Source: Thermofilaceae archaeon
GTDB taxonomy: Archaea > Thermoproteota > Thermoprotei > Thermofilales > Thermofilaceae
Length of the DNA stretch: 45,210 bases
Reading direction: 5' to 3'
NCBI GenBank assembly: GCA_038727095.1
Contig: JAVYWK010000015.1
Span: 1-45,210, forward strand
Shown: piece after piece, positions 18,296-27,746 of the stretch
Position numbering within the stretch: position 1 is the first letter of the stretch
Layout of the letters: each line of letters opens with the position of its first letter
Translations under genes and position numbers: made by a program
Notes under the pieces: generated by a model
What the model saw: only the letters and a program-made list of their open reading frames with translations
Told to the model about the DNA's origin: nothing
Databases searched by the model: none

Positions 18296-19812
18296 CGGTT
18301 GCCACCCCTCGCAACTTTACTCCTAACTAGGTCATACAGCTTACTTCGGAGCAAGTTCTCGTCAATGCCTGTCACGTAACTCGTTGATCTAGCAACGTCA
18401 TCAATGTATTTCCTAATCGTTGTTTCCCACCGCTTCACCTCCAGCTGCTTCTCTAAGCGAGAGAGGTAAAGCCTAAGCCTTCGGGCACACTCCCTTACCC
18501 CGGCTTCTAGCTCGCTCTCCAATTCAGGCACGTCGGCTACTGCCTCCTTTCCAACCCCTTTGAAGGGGACCTTCGTGGAGCACACATGAGTCACGATCGC
18601 TAAAGGTGCGGGGAATTCCACCTTGTAGATCCTCCAGTCTATCTTATCGCGCACCACCTTCGTTGACACATCAACACCTTCGTCGTATAGGAGCGGTATC
18701 TTGTTAGCGAACCTCAGCAATGTTGGAGCCTCAGCCGAAGTTATTGCGCCTCCGTAAGCCAGCGCGACTTCAACAATGAAAGGGTATCCGCTATAGGAGG
18801 AGGGGGGTCTCGAGACAGCGGTTACGAACTCGGGGTTTAGAACCGCCTTTACGCCTTCTACGAGAAGCTCTTCGCCAAGGGGGGATAGCATGTTCGCTTT
18901 CGGCCTCCTCCAACCACTAAACTCTTGCATTTTCGATGCTAAAAGCTCTATTTCATCATTTTTCAAGTTCTTTATTTTAGCATTCGGATCGAAGCCAGCC
19001 CACTCGCAGAACTTTGTAGCTGTAGCAGCTCCCACCCCATCAAAGTTCCCTACCAAAAACTCCAGTAGTGTCGTGCTCTTCTTCGTGCTCTCTATCATCA
19101 TCTTAAGCATCTCTACATCCACACCTTTTGGGTGGGGTTTACCTACCACTGGCGACGGTGGCAGCTTGCTCATCGTTCGTTCAAACTTCAACGAGAGGTC
19201 GGGAGCTTCGAAGATTATGGTAGCGTAGGGCGCTATAAGAGCCGTCCTCCTTACGTACTCCTCAACCCTCTTTTTAGCTTGACTCCAATTCCCCCTAAGT
19301 ACAAGCTCCACTCGCGTCCCATGCCAACCCGAGTTGTTCTTTGAGACTTTTATGCTCTTTATTACGGGGATGTTCTTCTCAATGCTGATCATCACTTCAA
19401 ATTCATAGATGAACTTCGAACGCCTAGTAGCAGTTCTCACTTTGACCGGTTGACCAGTAGTCATCTGCGCGTAAAGAACAGCCATCTTCACGCCCAAGCC
19501 GAACACGCCCCTACTCTGCCTCAAAACGTACTTTGACCCGTAGAAGACGCGGCCGAAGACATTCGGCACCTCAAGAGATGAGATTCCAATGCCATTGTCC
19601 TCAACCGCTAGGAAGACCCTACCTTCAGAATCCTCTTTGAGCTGAACCGTGATGTGAGGAAGGATGCCGTGCATCTCAGTAGCGTCAAAAGCGTTCTCCA
19701 TAAGCTCCCTGACAGCTTGGTAAACAGCCCTCGCTGGGTTCGAGAAACCAGCTATTTCCTTATTCCGGTAGAAGAACTCTGAGGGGCTTAGCTGCCTGAA
19801 TCGCTCACTCAC
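18292..19812 (-). CDS. top6B: DNA topoisomerase VI subunit B
   Basis: SEFFYRN, ELMENAFDA, DNGIGI, QSRGVFGLG GHKL motifs, RFANKIPL. Confidence 0.96.
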   Translation of the reverse strand: MSERFRQLSPSEFFYRNKEIAGFSNPARAVYQAVRELMENAFDATEMHGILPHITVQLKEDSEGRVFLAVEDNGIGISSLEVPNVFGRVFYGSKYVLRQSRGVFGLGVKMAVLYAQMTTGQPVKVRTATRRSKFIYEFEVMISIEKNIPVIKSIKVSKNNSGWHGTRVELVLRGNWSQAKKRVEEYVRRTALIAPYATIIFEAPDLSLKFERTMSKLPPSPVVGKPHPKGVDVEMLKMMIESTKKSTTLLEFLVGNFDGVGAATATKFCEWAGFDPNAKIKNLKNDEIELLASKMQEFSGWRRPKANMLSPLGEELLVEGVKAVLNPEFVTAVSRPPSSYSGYPFIVEVALAYGGAITSAEAPTLLRFANKIPLLYDEGVDVSTKVVRDKIDWRIYKVEFPAPLAIVTHVCSTKVPFKGVGKEAVADVPELESELEAGVRECARRLRLYLSRLEKQLEVKRWETTIRKYIDDVARSTSYVTGIDENLLRSKLYDLVRSKVARGGNR

Positions 19813-19886
19813 AGGCAGCTCCCATCAAATGAGCCTTTTTTAAGCCACCTTTAATGAATGAGTGAAACTATTAGTCGTAGAGAAAA

Positions 19887-20039
19887 CTAAGCTACAAACC
19901 TAATCACGTACTTTTTACTTTTGCGACCGGGTATGGCCAACAGCACCGCTATCATAACGGCCAGTATCAAACCTTCGAACCCGCCCATTGATAGCCCCAA
20001 TGCGAGCACCAGAGCTCCGACCAAGATCCTGCTCTTCAC
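19887..20039 (-). CDS. Small hydrophobic membrane protein (50 aa), absent from the ORF track
   Basis: GTG..TAG frame read by hand: MKSRILVGALVLALGLSMGGFEGLILAVMIAVLLAIPGRKSKKYVIRFVA; TAATAAAA 24-31 nt upstream. Confidence 0.65.
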   Translation of the reverse strand: MKSRILVGALVLALGLSMGGFEGLILAVMIAVLLAIPGRKSKKYVIRFVA

Positions 20040-20116
20040 GTAATACCCTAATCATACGCGTATTTTATTAGTATCATTCACCCATAATAGCTCTCCCCGC
20101 CACGCATTCCCCCCTC

Positions 20117-20268
20117 ACGGGCTCTGCAGGCTCGAGAGCCCATCCAGGCTTCATTTGCGGCTGAGCGGGTGTCATGGTGCCCCCAGCCCATGGGACTTAA
20201 CTCCTAAGCCTCCCAACCCTTCGAGCTCCCTTCGAGAAGCGCATCAAGCCTGCAGGACTATGGCCCGC
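20117..20268 (-). ncRNA. Candidate structured RNA of unrecognised family (five-way junction)
   Basis: Closing stems GCGGGC/GCCCGU and CUGCAGGCUUGA/UCGAGCCUGCAG enclose four hairpins; G-U pairs favour the minus strand; TATA-like box at 20291-20298. Confidence 0.6.
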
Positions 20269-20290
20269 GCTGAGTCGTGTAAAAACATCA

Positions 20291-20298
20291 TTATTAAG
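20291..20298. promoter_or_regulatory. Probable bidirectional TATA element (TTATTAAG/CTTAATAA)
   Basis: About 25 nt from ATG 20323 on plus and about 23 nt from the start of the structured region on minus. Confidence 0.55.
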
Positions 20299-20322
20299 GT
20301 ACTAGCCCACCTATACCCTGGA

Positions 20323-21471
20323 ATGCCGGCAAACCTCCCCCCTCAAGCTAAGGCCGCGTGGAAGAGAGTTGAGATGGCCAGGACGAAGGAGGAGCGATTA
20401 CAGGCGCTGATCGAGTTCATGTCAACTGTTCCGCGTCACAAAGGGACGGAAAAACTCCTGATGCAGGTTCGACGCCAGATAGCGCGCTTGAGGGAAGAGA
20501 TAGAGCTCGAGAAGACTAAGCGTAGGAGCAGCGGGAGGGGGCGTTCCCTTTTCGTTGAGAAGGAGGGAGATATCCAGTTGGTGCTGCTGGGGTTCCCAAA
20601 CTCGGGGAAAAGTACTCTCTTTAAAGCGCTGACCGGCGTTGAAGTTCCTTGCGGTGAAATACCGTTTGAAACAGAGAAACCCCAGCCCGGCATGATGATC
20701 TGGGATGGCGGCGTCGAGATCCAGGTAGTTGACACTCCCTCCCTTGTTCCATCGGAGAGTTCATCGCGAAACAGCCTACCGCTTTCGCTGGCTTACAACG
20801 CCGACGCGATAGCCTTGGTGATCGACGGTGAGCAGGACCTTCTCTCTCAGCTGACTATGCTGGAAAGCATGCTGCGCAACAGGGGGATAGCTCTCAAAGA
20901 GGAGAGGAGGAAGGTTGTGATAGAGCGTAGGGGCAGTGGGGGTGTGAGCGTCATCGGTGGTCGGCTACGCGTAAACGAGGTAGCGAACCTGCTACGCGAC
21001 TACGGAATCTACCACGCGCTGGTCTGGCTCACAGACGACGCCTCTCTCGACGATGTGGAAGCCGCTATTCTCGAGTCCACCGCGTACAAGCCGTCGGTGG
21101 TAATTGTGACGAAGCTTGATCGAGACGCAAAAACCCTAGCCATAGTTAGGGACGCCGCGAGCTGGACGAAAGTGCTGTGCTTTGATGGTACTAACTCGGA
21201 GGAGTTGAAGGATGTGATCGGCGGGCACCTCTTCCGAAGTCTCAACTTGATTCGCGTGTACACCTCCAAGGATGGAGAGGTCAGCAAGAAACCACTAGTC
21301 CTGCGGCGGGGAGCGCGAGTAGTCGACGTAGCGGAGAGAATCCACAGTCGTTTAGTCAAAGAGTTCAAATACGCTCTAGTGTGGAATGAGCGCAGGTTCA
21401 GGTTTAATCCCGTAAAAGTTGGTATAGATTTCGAATTAAATGATTTGGATACCATCGAAATCGTGGCGTAA
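20323..21471 (+). CDS. DRG/Obg-family GTPase with TGS domain
   Basis: MPANLPP start, PRHKGTEK, GFPNSGKST, TKLD, LIRVYT..IHS..FKYALVW TGS domain. Confidence 0.9.
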   Translation: MPANLPPQAKAAWKRVEMARTKEERLQALIEFMSTVPRHKGTEKLLMQVRRQIARLREEIELEKTKRRSSGRGRSLFVEKEGDIQLVLLGFPNSGKSTLFKALTGVEVPCGEIPFETEKPQPGMMIWDGGVEIQVVDTPSLVPSESSSRNSLPLSLAYNADAIALVIDGEQDLLSQLTMLESMLRNRGIALKEERRKVVIERRGSGGVSVIGGRLRVNEVANLLRDYGIYHALVWLTDDASLDDVEAAILESTAYKPSVVIVTKLDRDAKTLAIVRDAASWTKVLCFDGTNSEELKDVIGGHLFRSLNLIRVYTSKDGEVSKKPLVLRRGARVVDVAERIHSRLVKEFKYALVWNERRFRFNPVKVGIDFELNDLDTIEIVA

Positions 21472-21532
21472 AGCTCCCTAAACAGCAGGCGAGGAACAAC
21501 TTTTAAGCCCCCTGGCTCAGAACAGCGCTCAT

Positions 21533-23701
21533 ATGGCTTCACGCGATAAGGACGCGATCCTAAGAGTTGCCGAAGCTAAACAGCGCGATGTAGGCCGAGG
21601 GATCGTGAGGATCGATAGAAGCATCATGTTAAAGTTGGGGATAGAGCCGGGTGATGCTGTAGAGATCACCGGAAAGAAAACAACGGTTGCGATAGCGTGG
21701 CCGGCCTACCCTGAGGATGAAGGGTTGGGTTACATCAGGATGGATGGGGTTACACGCCACAACGCGGGCGTATCCATTGGCGAGAGCGTATCAGTCCGCC
21801 CTGTGCAACTGCAGCCCGCGCAGCGCGTAACACTAGCACCGATGGGGATCGGCGGGCTCACCGTTTCACCCGAGTTTTCAGATTACGTTAGAGAGCGGCT
21901 TCTATACCGACCCCTTAGACGGGGAGACGTCGTAGAGATACCAGTGTTTAACACAGCGTTGCGCTTCGTGGTAGTCTCCACTCAGCCCGCCGCATCTGTG
22001 CGGATCACGCCTGAAACAGAAGTCGTTGTGAGAAGCGAACCCGTGTCGGAAGCGGAGCTTGCGATACCAAAGGTAACCTACGAAGACATTGGCGATCTTG
22101 AAGAAGTTAAGCAGAAAGTGAGGGAGATGATTGAGCTCCCCCTAAAGCATCCCGAGCTCTTTTCTCACTTGGGGATAGACCCGCCAAAAGGAGTCCTCTT
22201 CTACGGTCCGCCAGGCACCGGTAAAACGCTGCTGGCGAGGGCTGTCGCTAACGAGTCGGGAGCGTTCTTCATCGCCATCAACGGTCCTGAGATTATGAGC
22301 AAGTTCTACGGAGAGAGCGAGCAGAGGTTAAGGGAGATCTTTAAGCAAGCTGAAGAGAACGCGCCGGCGATTATCTTCATTGATGAGATTGATGCGATTG
22401 CGCCTAAGAGGGAGGAAGTAACGGGAGAAGTCGAGAAACGAGTGGTAGCCCAGCTCCTCGCCCTAATGGACGGTTTGAAAGGCAGGGGTCACGTCGTTGT
22501 AATCGGCGCTACGAACCGCCCTAACGCCGTGGACCCAGCTCTTAGGAGGCCGGGGCGCTTCGATAGGGAGATAGCGTTCCCCGTACCCGATAAGAGGGCT
22601 AGGAAAGAGATACTTCAGGTTCATACGAGGAACATGCCGCTGTCCGATGACGTTAACCTTGATGAGCTAGCCGATATCACCCACGGGTTCACGGGCGCTG
22701 ACCTCGCTGCACTGTGCAGAGAGGCTGCTATGAGAGCCCTGCGCAGGTTCTTACCAAAGATCGACTTGAACAAGCCTTCCATACCCCCGGAGCTCCTGAA
22801 GGAGCTTAAGGTAACGCGGCTCGACTTCCTCGACGCTCTCAAGGATATTCAACCCTCAGCCTTGAGGGAGGTGTACGTCGAAATCCCAGAGGTCCGCTGG
22901 AGCGATATTGGTGGACTTGAAGACGTGAAGCAGCAGCTGAGGGAGGTGGTGGAGTGGCCCCTTAAGCACCCCGAGTTCTTCAAGGAGATGGGCATTGACC
23001 CTCCGAAGGGTGTCCTGCTTTATGGTCCGCCGGGTTGTGGTAAGACTCTGTTGGCGAAGGCGGTTGCGACAGAAAGCGGCGCGAACTTCATAGCGGTTAA
23101 AGGCCCAGAGATCCTCAGCAAGTGGGTTGGTGAGAGCGAGAGAGCGATCAGAGAGATATTTAGTAAAGCTCGACAGGCAGCTCCTTGCATCGTCTTCTTC
23201 GACGAGATAGACTCCATAGTCCCACGACGCGGGTACAGGTTCGATTCAGGAGTCACGGATAGGATCGTAAACCAGCTGCTGACGGAGATGGACGGGTTAG
23301 AGAAGCTGGAAGGAGTCGTAGTGATCGGGGCGACGAATAGGCCTGACATTATTGATCCGGCTTTACTGAGGCCCGGCCGGTTTGACCGAATTATCTACGT
23401 GCCTCCGCCCGACCGGGCTGCAAGGCTTGAAATCCTCAAAGTGCACACAAGACGCATGCCACTAGCCGAAGACGTAGACCTCGAGAAGATCGCGGACGCG
23501 ACGGAGGGATACACAGGCGCCGACCTGGCCGCTCTGTGCAAAGAGGCGGCAATCATCGCTCTTAGGGAAGCGGGAAAGCCCACTAGGGTTACAATGAAAC
23601 GCTTCCTGAAGTCGATGGAAGCTGTCAAACCGAGCATAACCAGAGAAGACATCGAACGTTACAAGAGAATAGCTGAAGAATTCAAGCGTATTTTGGCTTA
23701 A
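21533..23701 (+). CDS. cdc48: CDC48/VCP AAA+ ATPase
   Basis: N domain plus two AAA modules ([26 protein letters not shown]). Confidence 0.97.
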   Translation: MASRDKDAILRVAEAKQRDVGRGIVRIDRSIMLKLGIEPGDAVEITGKKTTVAIAWPAYPEDEGLGYIRMDGVTRHNAGVSIGESVSVRPVQLQPAQRVTLAPMGIGGLTVSPEFSDYVRERLLYRPLRRGDVVEIPVFNTALRFVVVSTQPAASVRITPETEVVVRSEPVSEAELAIPKVTYEDIGDLEEVKQKVREMIELPLKHPELFSHLGIDPPKGVLFYGPPGTGKTLLARAVANESGAFFIAINGPEIMSKFYGESEQRLREIFKQAEENAPAIIFIDEIDAIAPKREEVTGEVEKRVVAQLLALMDGLKGRGHVVVIGATNRPNAVDPALRRPGRFDREIAFPVPDKRARKEILQVHTRNMPLSDDVNLDELADITHGFTGADLAALCREAAMRALRRFLPKIDLNKPSIPPELLKELKVTRLDFLDALKDIQPSALREVYVEIPEVRWSDIGGLEDVKQQLREVVEWPLKHPEFFKEMGIDPPKGVLLYGPPGCGKTLLAKAVATESGANFIAVKGPEILSKWVGESERAIREIFSKARQAAPCIVFFDEIDSIVPRRGYRFDSGVTDRIVNQLLTEMDGLEKLEGVVVIGATNRPDIIDPALLRPGRFDRIIYVPPPDRAARLEILKVHTRRMPLAEDVDLEKIADATEGYTGADLAALCKEAAIIALREAGKPTRVTMKRFLKSMEAVKPSITREDIERYKRIAEEFKRILA

Positions 23702-23712
23702 GGTGTTTCACG

Positions 23713-23732
23713 TTCAGCTTCACGGAGCTGGG
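23713..23732 (+). terminator. Hairpin downstream of cdc48 (possible terminator or stability element)
   Basis: TTCAGCTT..GAGCTGGG inverted repeat shortly after the stop codon. Confidence 0.3.
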
Positions 23733-23829
23733 TGCAGAAGTTTAAGCGAGATTTGAGTGCACACATATTAGAGCGCAAAGCCAGTAGCAGTTTTAAATCC
23801 TCCTGATGGTCAAATGACTTGAGAGGGGC

Positions 23830-24795
23830 TTGCCTCGTTTTGCTGGTTTGCAGCTGAGAAGTGCGTGGGGCTTGAGCAGCGACGTTGAGGTAGCATCTGC
23901 TCTCATGGTGAGAGACGCGGTTGCCAACGGCGCGTCTGTAGTCTTCACACCTACCGTCTCCATCGTGGATCCACTTTATAACCCGTCAAATGCCTATACC
24001 AGGTTTAAGCTCTTATCCGTGGACTCGGGGGGCGCATTCGCACTAACGCGTCCCTTAAGCTCGCAAGTCGAGGAGATTCAAGCCCTTCTGAACGCAGTAC
24101 CCACCGAGGCGAGGAGGGTTCTATCAATAGCGGTTAGGAGCCTCAAGGAGGCCGAGGAGCTCATCGAGAGAGTAGGCAGGGGGGTGGACGCGGTAGAGCT
24201 CGACGTGAACCTGTCTTGCCTACTTGCTGGAAAGGATCTAGCATACATCATTGAGCTCGCTAAGGAACTTAGCGCACTATTGAAGACTCCCTTATCGCTC
24301 AAGATAAATGCAGCGAGCACAAGCCTCGTGAGCTTGAGTAAGATGGTCGTAGATTCGGGGGCATCAGCGCTGGTTCTCACGCCCAACCTGGTGTACAAAC
24401 TCGGCCAGCACTTCTTTAGGTTACACTCCCCACATGTTTCTACAACGCTGCTCTTAGGCGTCGCTGAGGAGCTGACGTCACTAGACGTGAGCTTAGCTTG
24501 CGTAACGCAGGTTGAACAGAACATCCTATCTTCGATCGTGCCCATACGGCTGTACGACGTAACCTACATGCTCTCATGGCTATCCTACACGGGACCTTCG
24601 CGTAGCAGCGGTATACCCTTGTCATGGAGATCGATTAGCAGGAGGCTAAAGGTGTATGCTCGTGAGGGAGCTCGTTTCTGTCCATACGGGCTCATACGTG
24701 AGGAAGGCTTCGTCTCCGGCTGCAACTACTGCGGCGTATGCCTAGAGCTAAACCCAGCTAACGTTGAACTGGCAGCCTCGATAGCGCCGCAGTAG
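23830..24795 (+). CDS. Divergent dihydroorotate/dihydropyrimidine dehydrogenase (PreA-like) TIM-barrel protein with C-terminal Fe-S motif
   Basis: FAGLQLRS N-terminus, GVDAVELDVNLSC, PLSLKIN, SGASALVLTPN, C-terminal FCP..CNYCGVC. Confidence 0.6.
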   Translation: MPRFAGLQLRSAWGLSSDVEVASALMVRDAVANGASVVFTPTVSIVDPLYNPSNAYTRFKLLSVDSGGAFALTRPLSSQVEEIQALLNAVPTEARRVLSIAVRSLKEAEELIERVGRGVDAVELDVNLSCLLAGKDLAYIIELAKELSALLKTPLSLKINAASTSLVSLSKMVVDSGASALVLTPNLVYKLGQHFFRLHSPHVSTTLLLGVAEELTSLDVSLACVTQVEQNILSSIVPIRLYDVTYMLSWLSYTGPSRSSGIPLSWRSISRRLKVYAREGARFCPYGLIREEGFVSGCNYCGVCLELNPANVELAASIAPQ

Positions 24796-24869
24796 TCCGT
24801 ACCAAGTGTCCGGTCCCCCGCTCGTGCTACAATGGATTGGGTTTTTAGGCTGGCACTTGTCGAGATGTT

Positions 24870-25967
24870 GTGGTGGACTTTTCAACGCACCTTTCAAGAG
24901 TGAGGGAGCTGTTAGCCGAGAAGGGGTTAAACACTCTCATAGTGATGGGCTCATCTAACATCCAGTACTTGATAGGGAGCGATGCTCCTTCGGCAGCTGT
25001 AGTCTCCTTCGACGATGTGGTTACGCTTTCTTCAAGGCTGGAGTTCACGAGGACTCTGGATGAGGCCAAGCATGGTAAACACTTCACGTATCTTAAGGAG
25101 GGGGATGTAGCTGAGTACGAGAACGCGATTTTCGGGGGTTTTTACGACGCTCTTAAGAAGCTGCTCGAAGGCGCGGAGAAGGGAGGTTGGGGGTATGCAG
25201 GCCTTTCACAGGAGACTCGTAGAAGGCTGGAAGAAGAACTTGGTTCTGCCGGTGTCGACCTGACAAAGGACTTCTTGACCCTTCGGAGGAGGAAAGATCC
25301 CTCTGAAGTGGAGGCTCTCCGAAGCGCTGCCAGAGTCGCGGAACGAGCTTTAGCAAAAGCAATCGCAATGCTAGAAACGGGCATTACTGAAGCTGAAGTG
25401 GCAGCAGAGATCACGAGTTGCATCACGAGATGCGGGTGTGAGCCATCTTTCCCGCCGATAGTAGCCTTTGGCGAGCACTCCGCTCATCCTCACGCTAAAC
25501 CTTCGCTCCGGAAGTTGAGGCGCGGCGATCCGGTAAAGATGGATCTGGGAGCTAGAGTTGATGGTTACTGTTCCGATCTTACTAGAACTCTCACCTATGG
25601 CGGGTGCTATGGTAAGTTCCAGGGCAAGTTCTGGGCGGTGCTTAAGGCGCAAGAGCGCGCGATCGAAATTATAAAGCCAGGGGTTCAGGCGCGCGAAGTT
25701 CATATGACGGCTGTCGAAACACTAAGGCGCGAGAAACTCTCAATGTATTTTAACCACGGCTTGGGGCATGGCGTAGGTTTAGATATTCACGAGGAACCCT
25801 ACTTAAATGCTGAAGCAACCACATCCCTACTCCCCGGCGACGTGGTTACCGTAGAGCCCGGCATCTACGTCCATGGGACCTTCGGCATTCGAATCGAAGA
25901 CATGGTGCTTGTGACCGAGCAGGGCCCTGAAGTTTTAACCTCTTTCCCTAAGCTCTTGTCATTGTGA
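24870..25967 (+). CDS. pepQ: Xaa-Pro peptidase (M24B)
   Basis: DLGA..YCSDLTRT, HGLGHGVGLDIHE, TVEPGIY and RIED motifs. Confidence 0.92.
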   Translation: MVDFSTHLSRVRELLAEKGLNTLIVMGSSNIQYLIGSDAPSAAVVSFDDVVTLSSRLEFTRTLDEAKHGKHFTYLKEGDVAEYENAIFGGFYDALKKLLEGAEKGGWGYAGLSQETRRRLEEELGSAGVDLTKDFLTLRRRKDPSEVEALRSAARVAERALAKAIAMLETGITEAEVAAEITSCITRCGCEPSFPPIVAFGEHSAHPHAKPSLRKLRRGDPVKMDLGARVDGYCSDLTRTLTYGGCYGKFQGKFWAVLKAQERAIEIIKPGVQAREVHMTAVETLRREKLSMYFNHGLGHGVGLDIHEEPYLNAEATTSLLPGDVVTVEPGIYVHGTFGIRIEDMVLVTEQGPEVLTSFPKLLSL

Positions 25968-26548
25968 TGAAAGTGAACCCCTACAAGCGAGGTTTCAGGT
26001 GCCTGGGCATCGCAGAGAGCTTCCTGCGAAAACGCTCTAAATCGGCGTTAGCAGGTGTCGTTATGAGGAGGGACTTTATCATAGACGGTGCTGCTCTAGC
26101 GGAAGTCACTGTTGGCGGCCTTGACGCGACGGAGGGGGTCTTATCGATAATTAACACTTTGAACCGGGAGGACATTAACTGTGTAATGATAAACGGATGC
26201 ATAATATCGTGGTTTAACATCATAGATCTGGAACGTGTATACAGAGAGACTCGGATTCCACTGCTGAGCCTGACCTATGAGGAATCACCTGGGATAGAGC
26301 ATTACATAATAAGATACTTTGGAAATGACATCGAACGTTTGGAGCTGTACCATCGGCTGGGGCCGCGAGAGCCAATTGTAATTAGGAGGACGGGTGCTAA
26401 GGTTTTCGTGAGGTTCTACGGTTTAAGCAAGCGCGAAGCCGAAGTGGTGATCAATTCGTTCACATTGCACGGCAGCGTACCTGAACCACTGAGAGTGGCG
26501 AGCTTGGTCGCACGAGCTTACATGAAGCGCCTCGCGTTAGAACAGTAA
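25964..26548 (+). CDS. DUF99 / endonuclease V-like family protein
   Basis: LGIAESF, VGGLDAT, WFNIID and VPEPLRVA motifs. Confidence 0.85.
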   Translation: MMKVNPYKRGFRCLGIAESFLRKRSKSALAGVVMRRDFIIDGAALAEVTVGGLDATEGVLSIINTLNREDINCVMINGCIISWFNIIDLERVYRETRIPLLSLTYEESPGIEHYIIRYFGNDIERLELYHRLGPREPIVIRRTGAKVFVRFYGLSKREAEVVINSFTLHGSVPEPLRVASLVARAYMKRLALEQ

Positions 26549-26569
26549 TATATTGGGGCCTCCTAGTTC

Positions 26570-27616
26570 TTGGCCGTGCTAAAGCTGCCCAAAACGATAG
26601 AGTGGGTGGATGGCCGGGTTAGGCTGATCAATCAGCTGAAGCTCCCCTACGAGCTCGAGTACATAGAGACTGTTGAATGGCGCCGCGTGGCTGAGGCTAT
26701 CAGGAGGATGGAAATTAGGGGGGCACCCGCTATCGGTGTCGCAGCAGCCTTTGCGATGGCGTTAGCGGCCATGAAATCTCAAGCGAGAAGGATGGATGAG
26801 TTTCTGGCCGAAATGGAATTGTGCGCTAACGAGCTAAGAAGGACTAGGCCTACAGCGGTTAACCTCTTCTGGGCAATCGAGCGTGTTCTTACGAGCATCC
26901 GAGAGGCAACAACGGTTGAGGAGGCTAAGGAGAGGGCTGTAACCACTGCACTTGAGATCCAGAGGAGGGATGAAGAAGCCAATAGGAGAATAGGTGAATA
27001 CGGTGAGCGGTTAATCTCGGATGGCGACACGGTGATGACGATATGCAACGCAGGATCGTTAGCCACTAGTTACTATGGCACGGCCACTGCTCCAATGTAC
27101 GTGGCCCACGAAAAAGGGAAGAGGTTCAGGGTAATAGCTCTCGAGACCCGACCTTACCTTCAGGGAGCGCGTTTAACGGCATGGGAGTTGAAGGAGGCAG
27201 GGATCGAGGTTAAAATAGCCACGGATAACGCGATTGGGATCATCATGGAGAGGGAACGAATCGACCTGGTGCTCGTGGGTGCGGATAGGATCACCAAAAG
27301 GGGGTACGTTGCGAATAAGGTTGGTACGTACCCTCTAGCTTTGATGGCTAGGGAACACGGAGTACCCTTCTATGTGGCAGCGCCAACTAGCACGTTCGAC
27401 CTGACCATAGAGAAGGGGGATGATATACCGATTGAGGTCCGATCAAGCGACGAAGTTACAGTCATTTTTGGGCGCAGAATCACACCGCCGGGTGTGGAGG
27501 CACTGTACTACGCTTTTGATGTGACGCCGCCAAAGCTGATCACAGGGATAGTAACTGAGAGGGGAATCATCTATCCACCATACGAGAAGAGCATACCAAG
27601 CCTCTTCAACGGCTGA
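26570..27616 (+). CDS. mtnA: S-methyl-5-thioribose-1-phosphate isomerase
   Basis: RGAPAIG, RPTAVNL, CNAGSLAT, ETRPYLQGARLT, GADRI, NKVGT and FDVTP motifs. Confidence 0.92.
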   Translation: MAVLKLPKTIEWVDGRVRLINQLKLPYELEYIETVEWRRVAEAIRRMEIRGAPAIGVAAAFAMALAAMKSQARRMDEFLAEMELCANELRRTRPTAVNLFWAIERVLTSIREATTVEEAKERAVTTALEIQRRDEEANRRIGEYGERLISDGDTVMTICNAGSLATSYYGTATAPMYVAHEKGKRFRVIALETRPYLQGARLTAWELKEAGIEVKIATDNAIGIIMERERIDLVLVGADRITKRGYVANKVGTYPLALMAREHGVPFYVAAPTSTFDLTIEKGDDIPIEVRSSDEVTVIFGRRITPPGVEALYYAFDVTPPKLITGIVTERGIIYPPYEKSIPSLFNG

Positions 27617-27624
27617 TAGAATAC

Positions 27625-27699
27625 AGCGGTCCTCCGCCGCGATCTCCTCACTCTATCAGGCGGGGGCAGGTCTACCTTGTCATCCCGCTTAGTCTTCAC
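27625..27699 (-). ncRNA. Candidate C/D box guide sRNA
   Basis: BRE/TATA GAAAAGTTAAAAAT upstream; AGCGG/CCGCT terminal stem; GGGATGA..CTGA-TAGA-GTGAGGA..AGGA; alternative parse starts at GTGAAGA (27699). Confidence 0.55.
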
Positions 27700-27746
27700 G
27701 TTAACTTCAAGATTTTTAACTTTTCGCCGCCTGTAGAGTCTTCCGA

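Noticed and set aside
20117-20270. Identity as 5S rRNA, SRP RNA, RNase P RNA or retron ncRNA
   Set aside because: 5S-like words (GGCCAUAG, UCGAA, GAGUUAAG, GGAUGGG) occur in order, but helix I cannot form and the spacing is wrong. GAAGGGAGC lacks the SRP CAGG partner. No RNase P P4 motifs are present, and there is no reverse transcriptase in the window.
20155-20322. 56-aa N-terminal extension of the DRG GTPase in the ORF track
   Set aside because: It overlaps the structured region and the TATA box; the family-typical start is MPANLPP at 20323
20720-20750. G3 motif DTPS instead of DxxG in the DRG-like GTPase as a sign of inactivation
   Set aside because: G1 and G4 are intact, and I recall G3 variation in this archaeal subfamily; not enough evidence without an alignment
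27640-27675. Resemblance to an IS200/IS605 right end (CAGGCGGGGGCAGGTC)
   Set aside because: No tnpA or tnpB remnant and no clean subterminal palindrome; better explained as a minus-strand C/D-like sRNA
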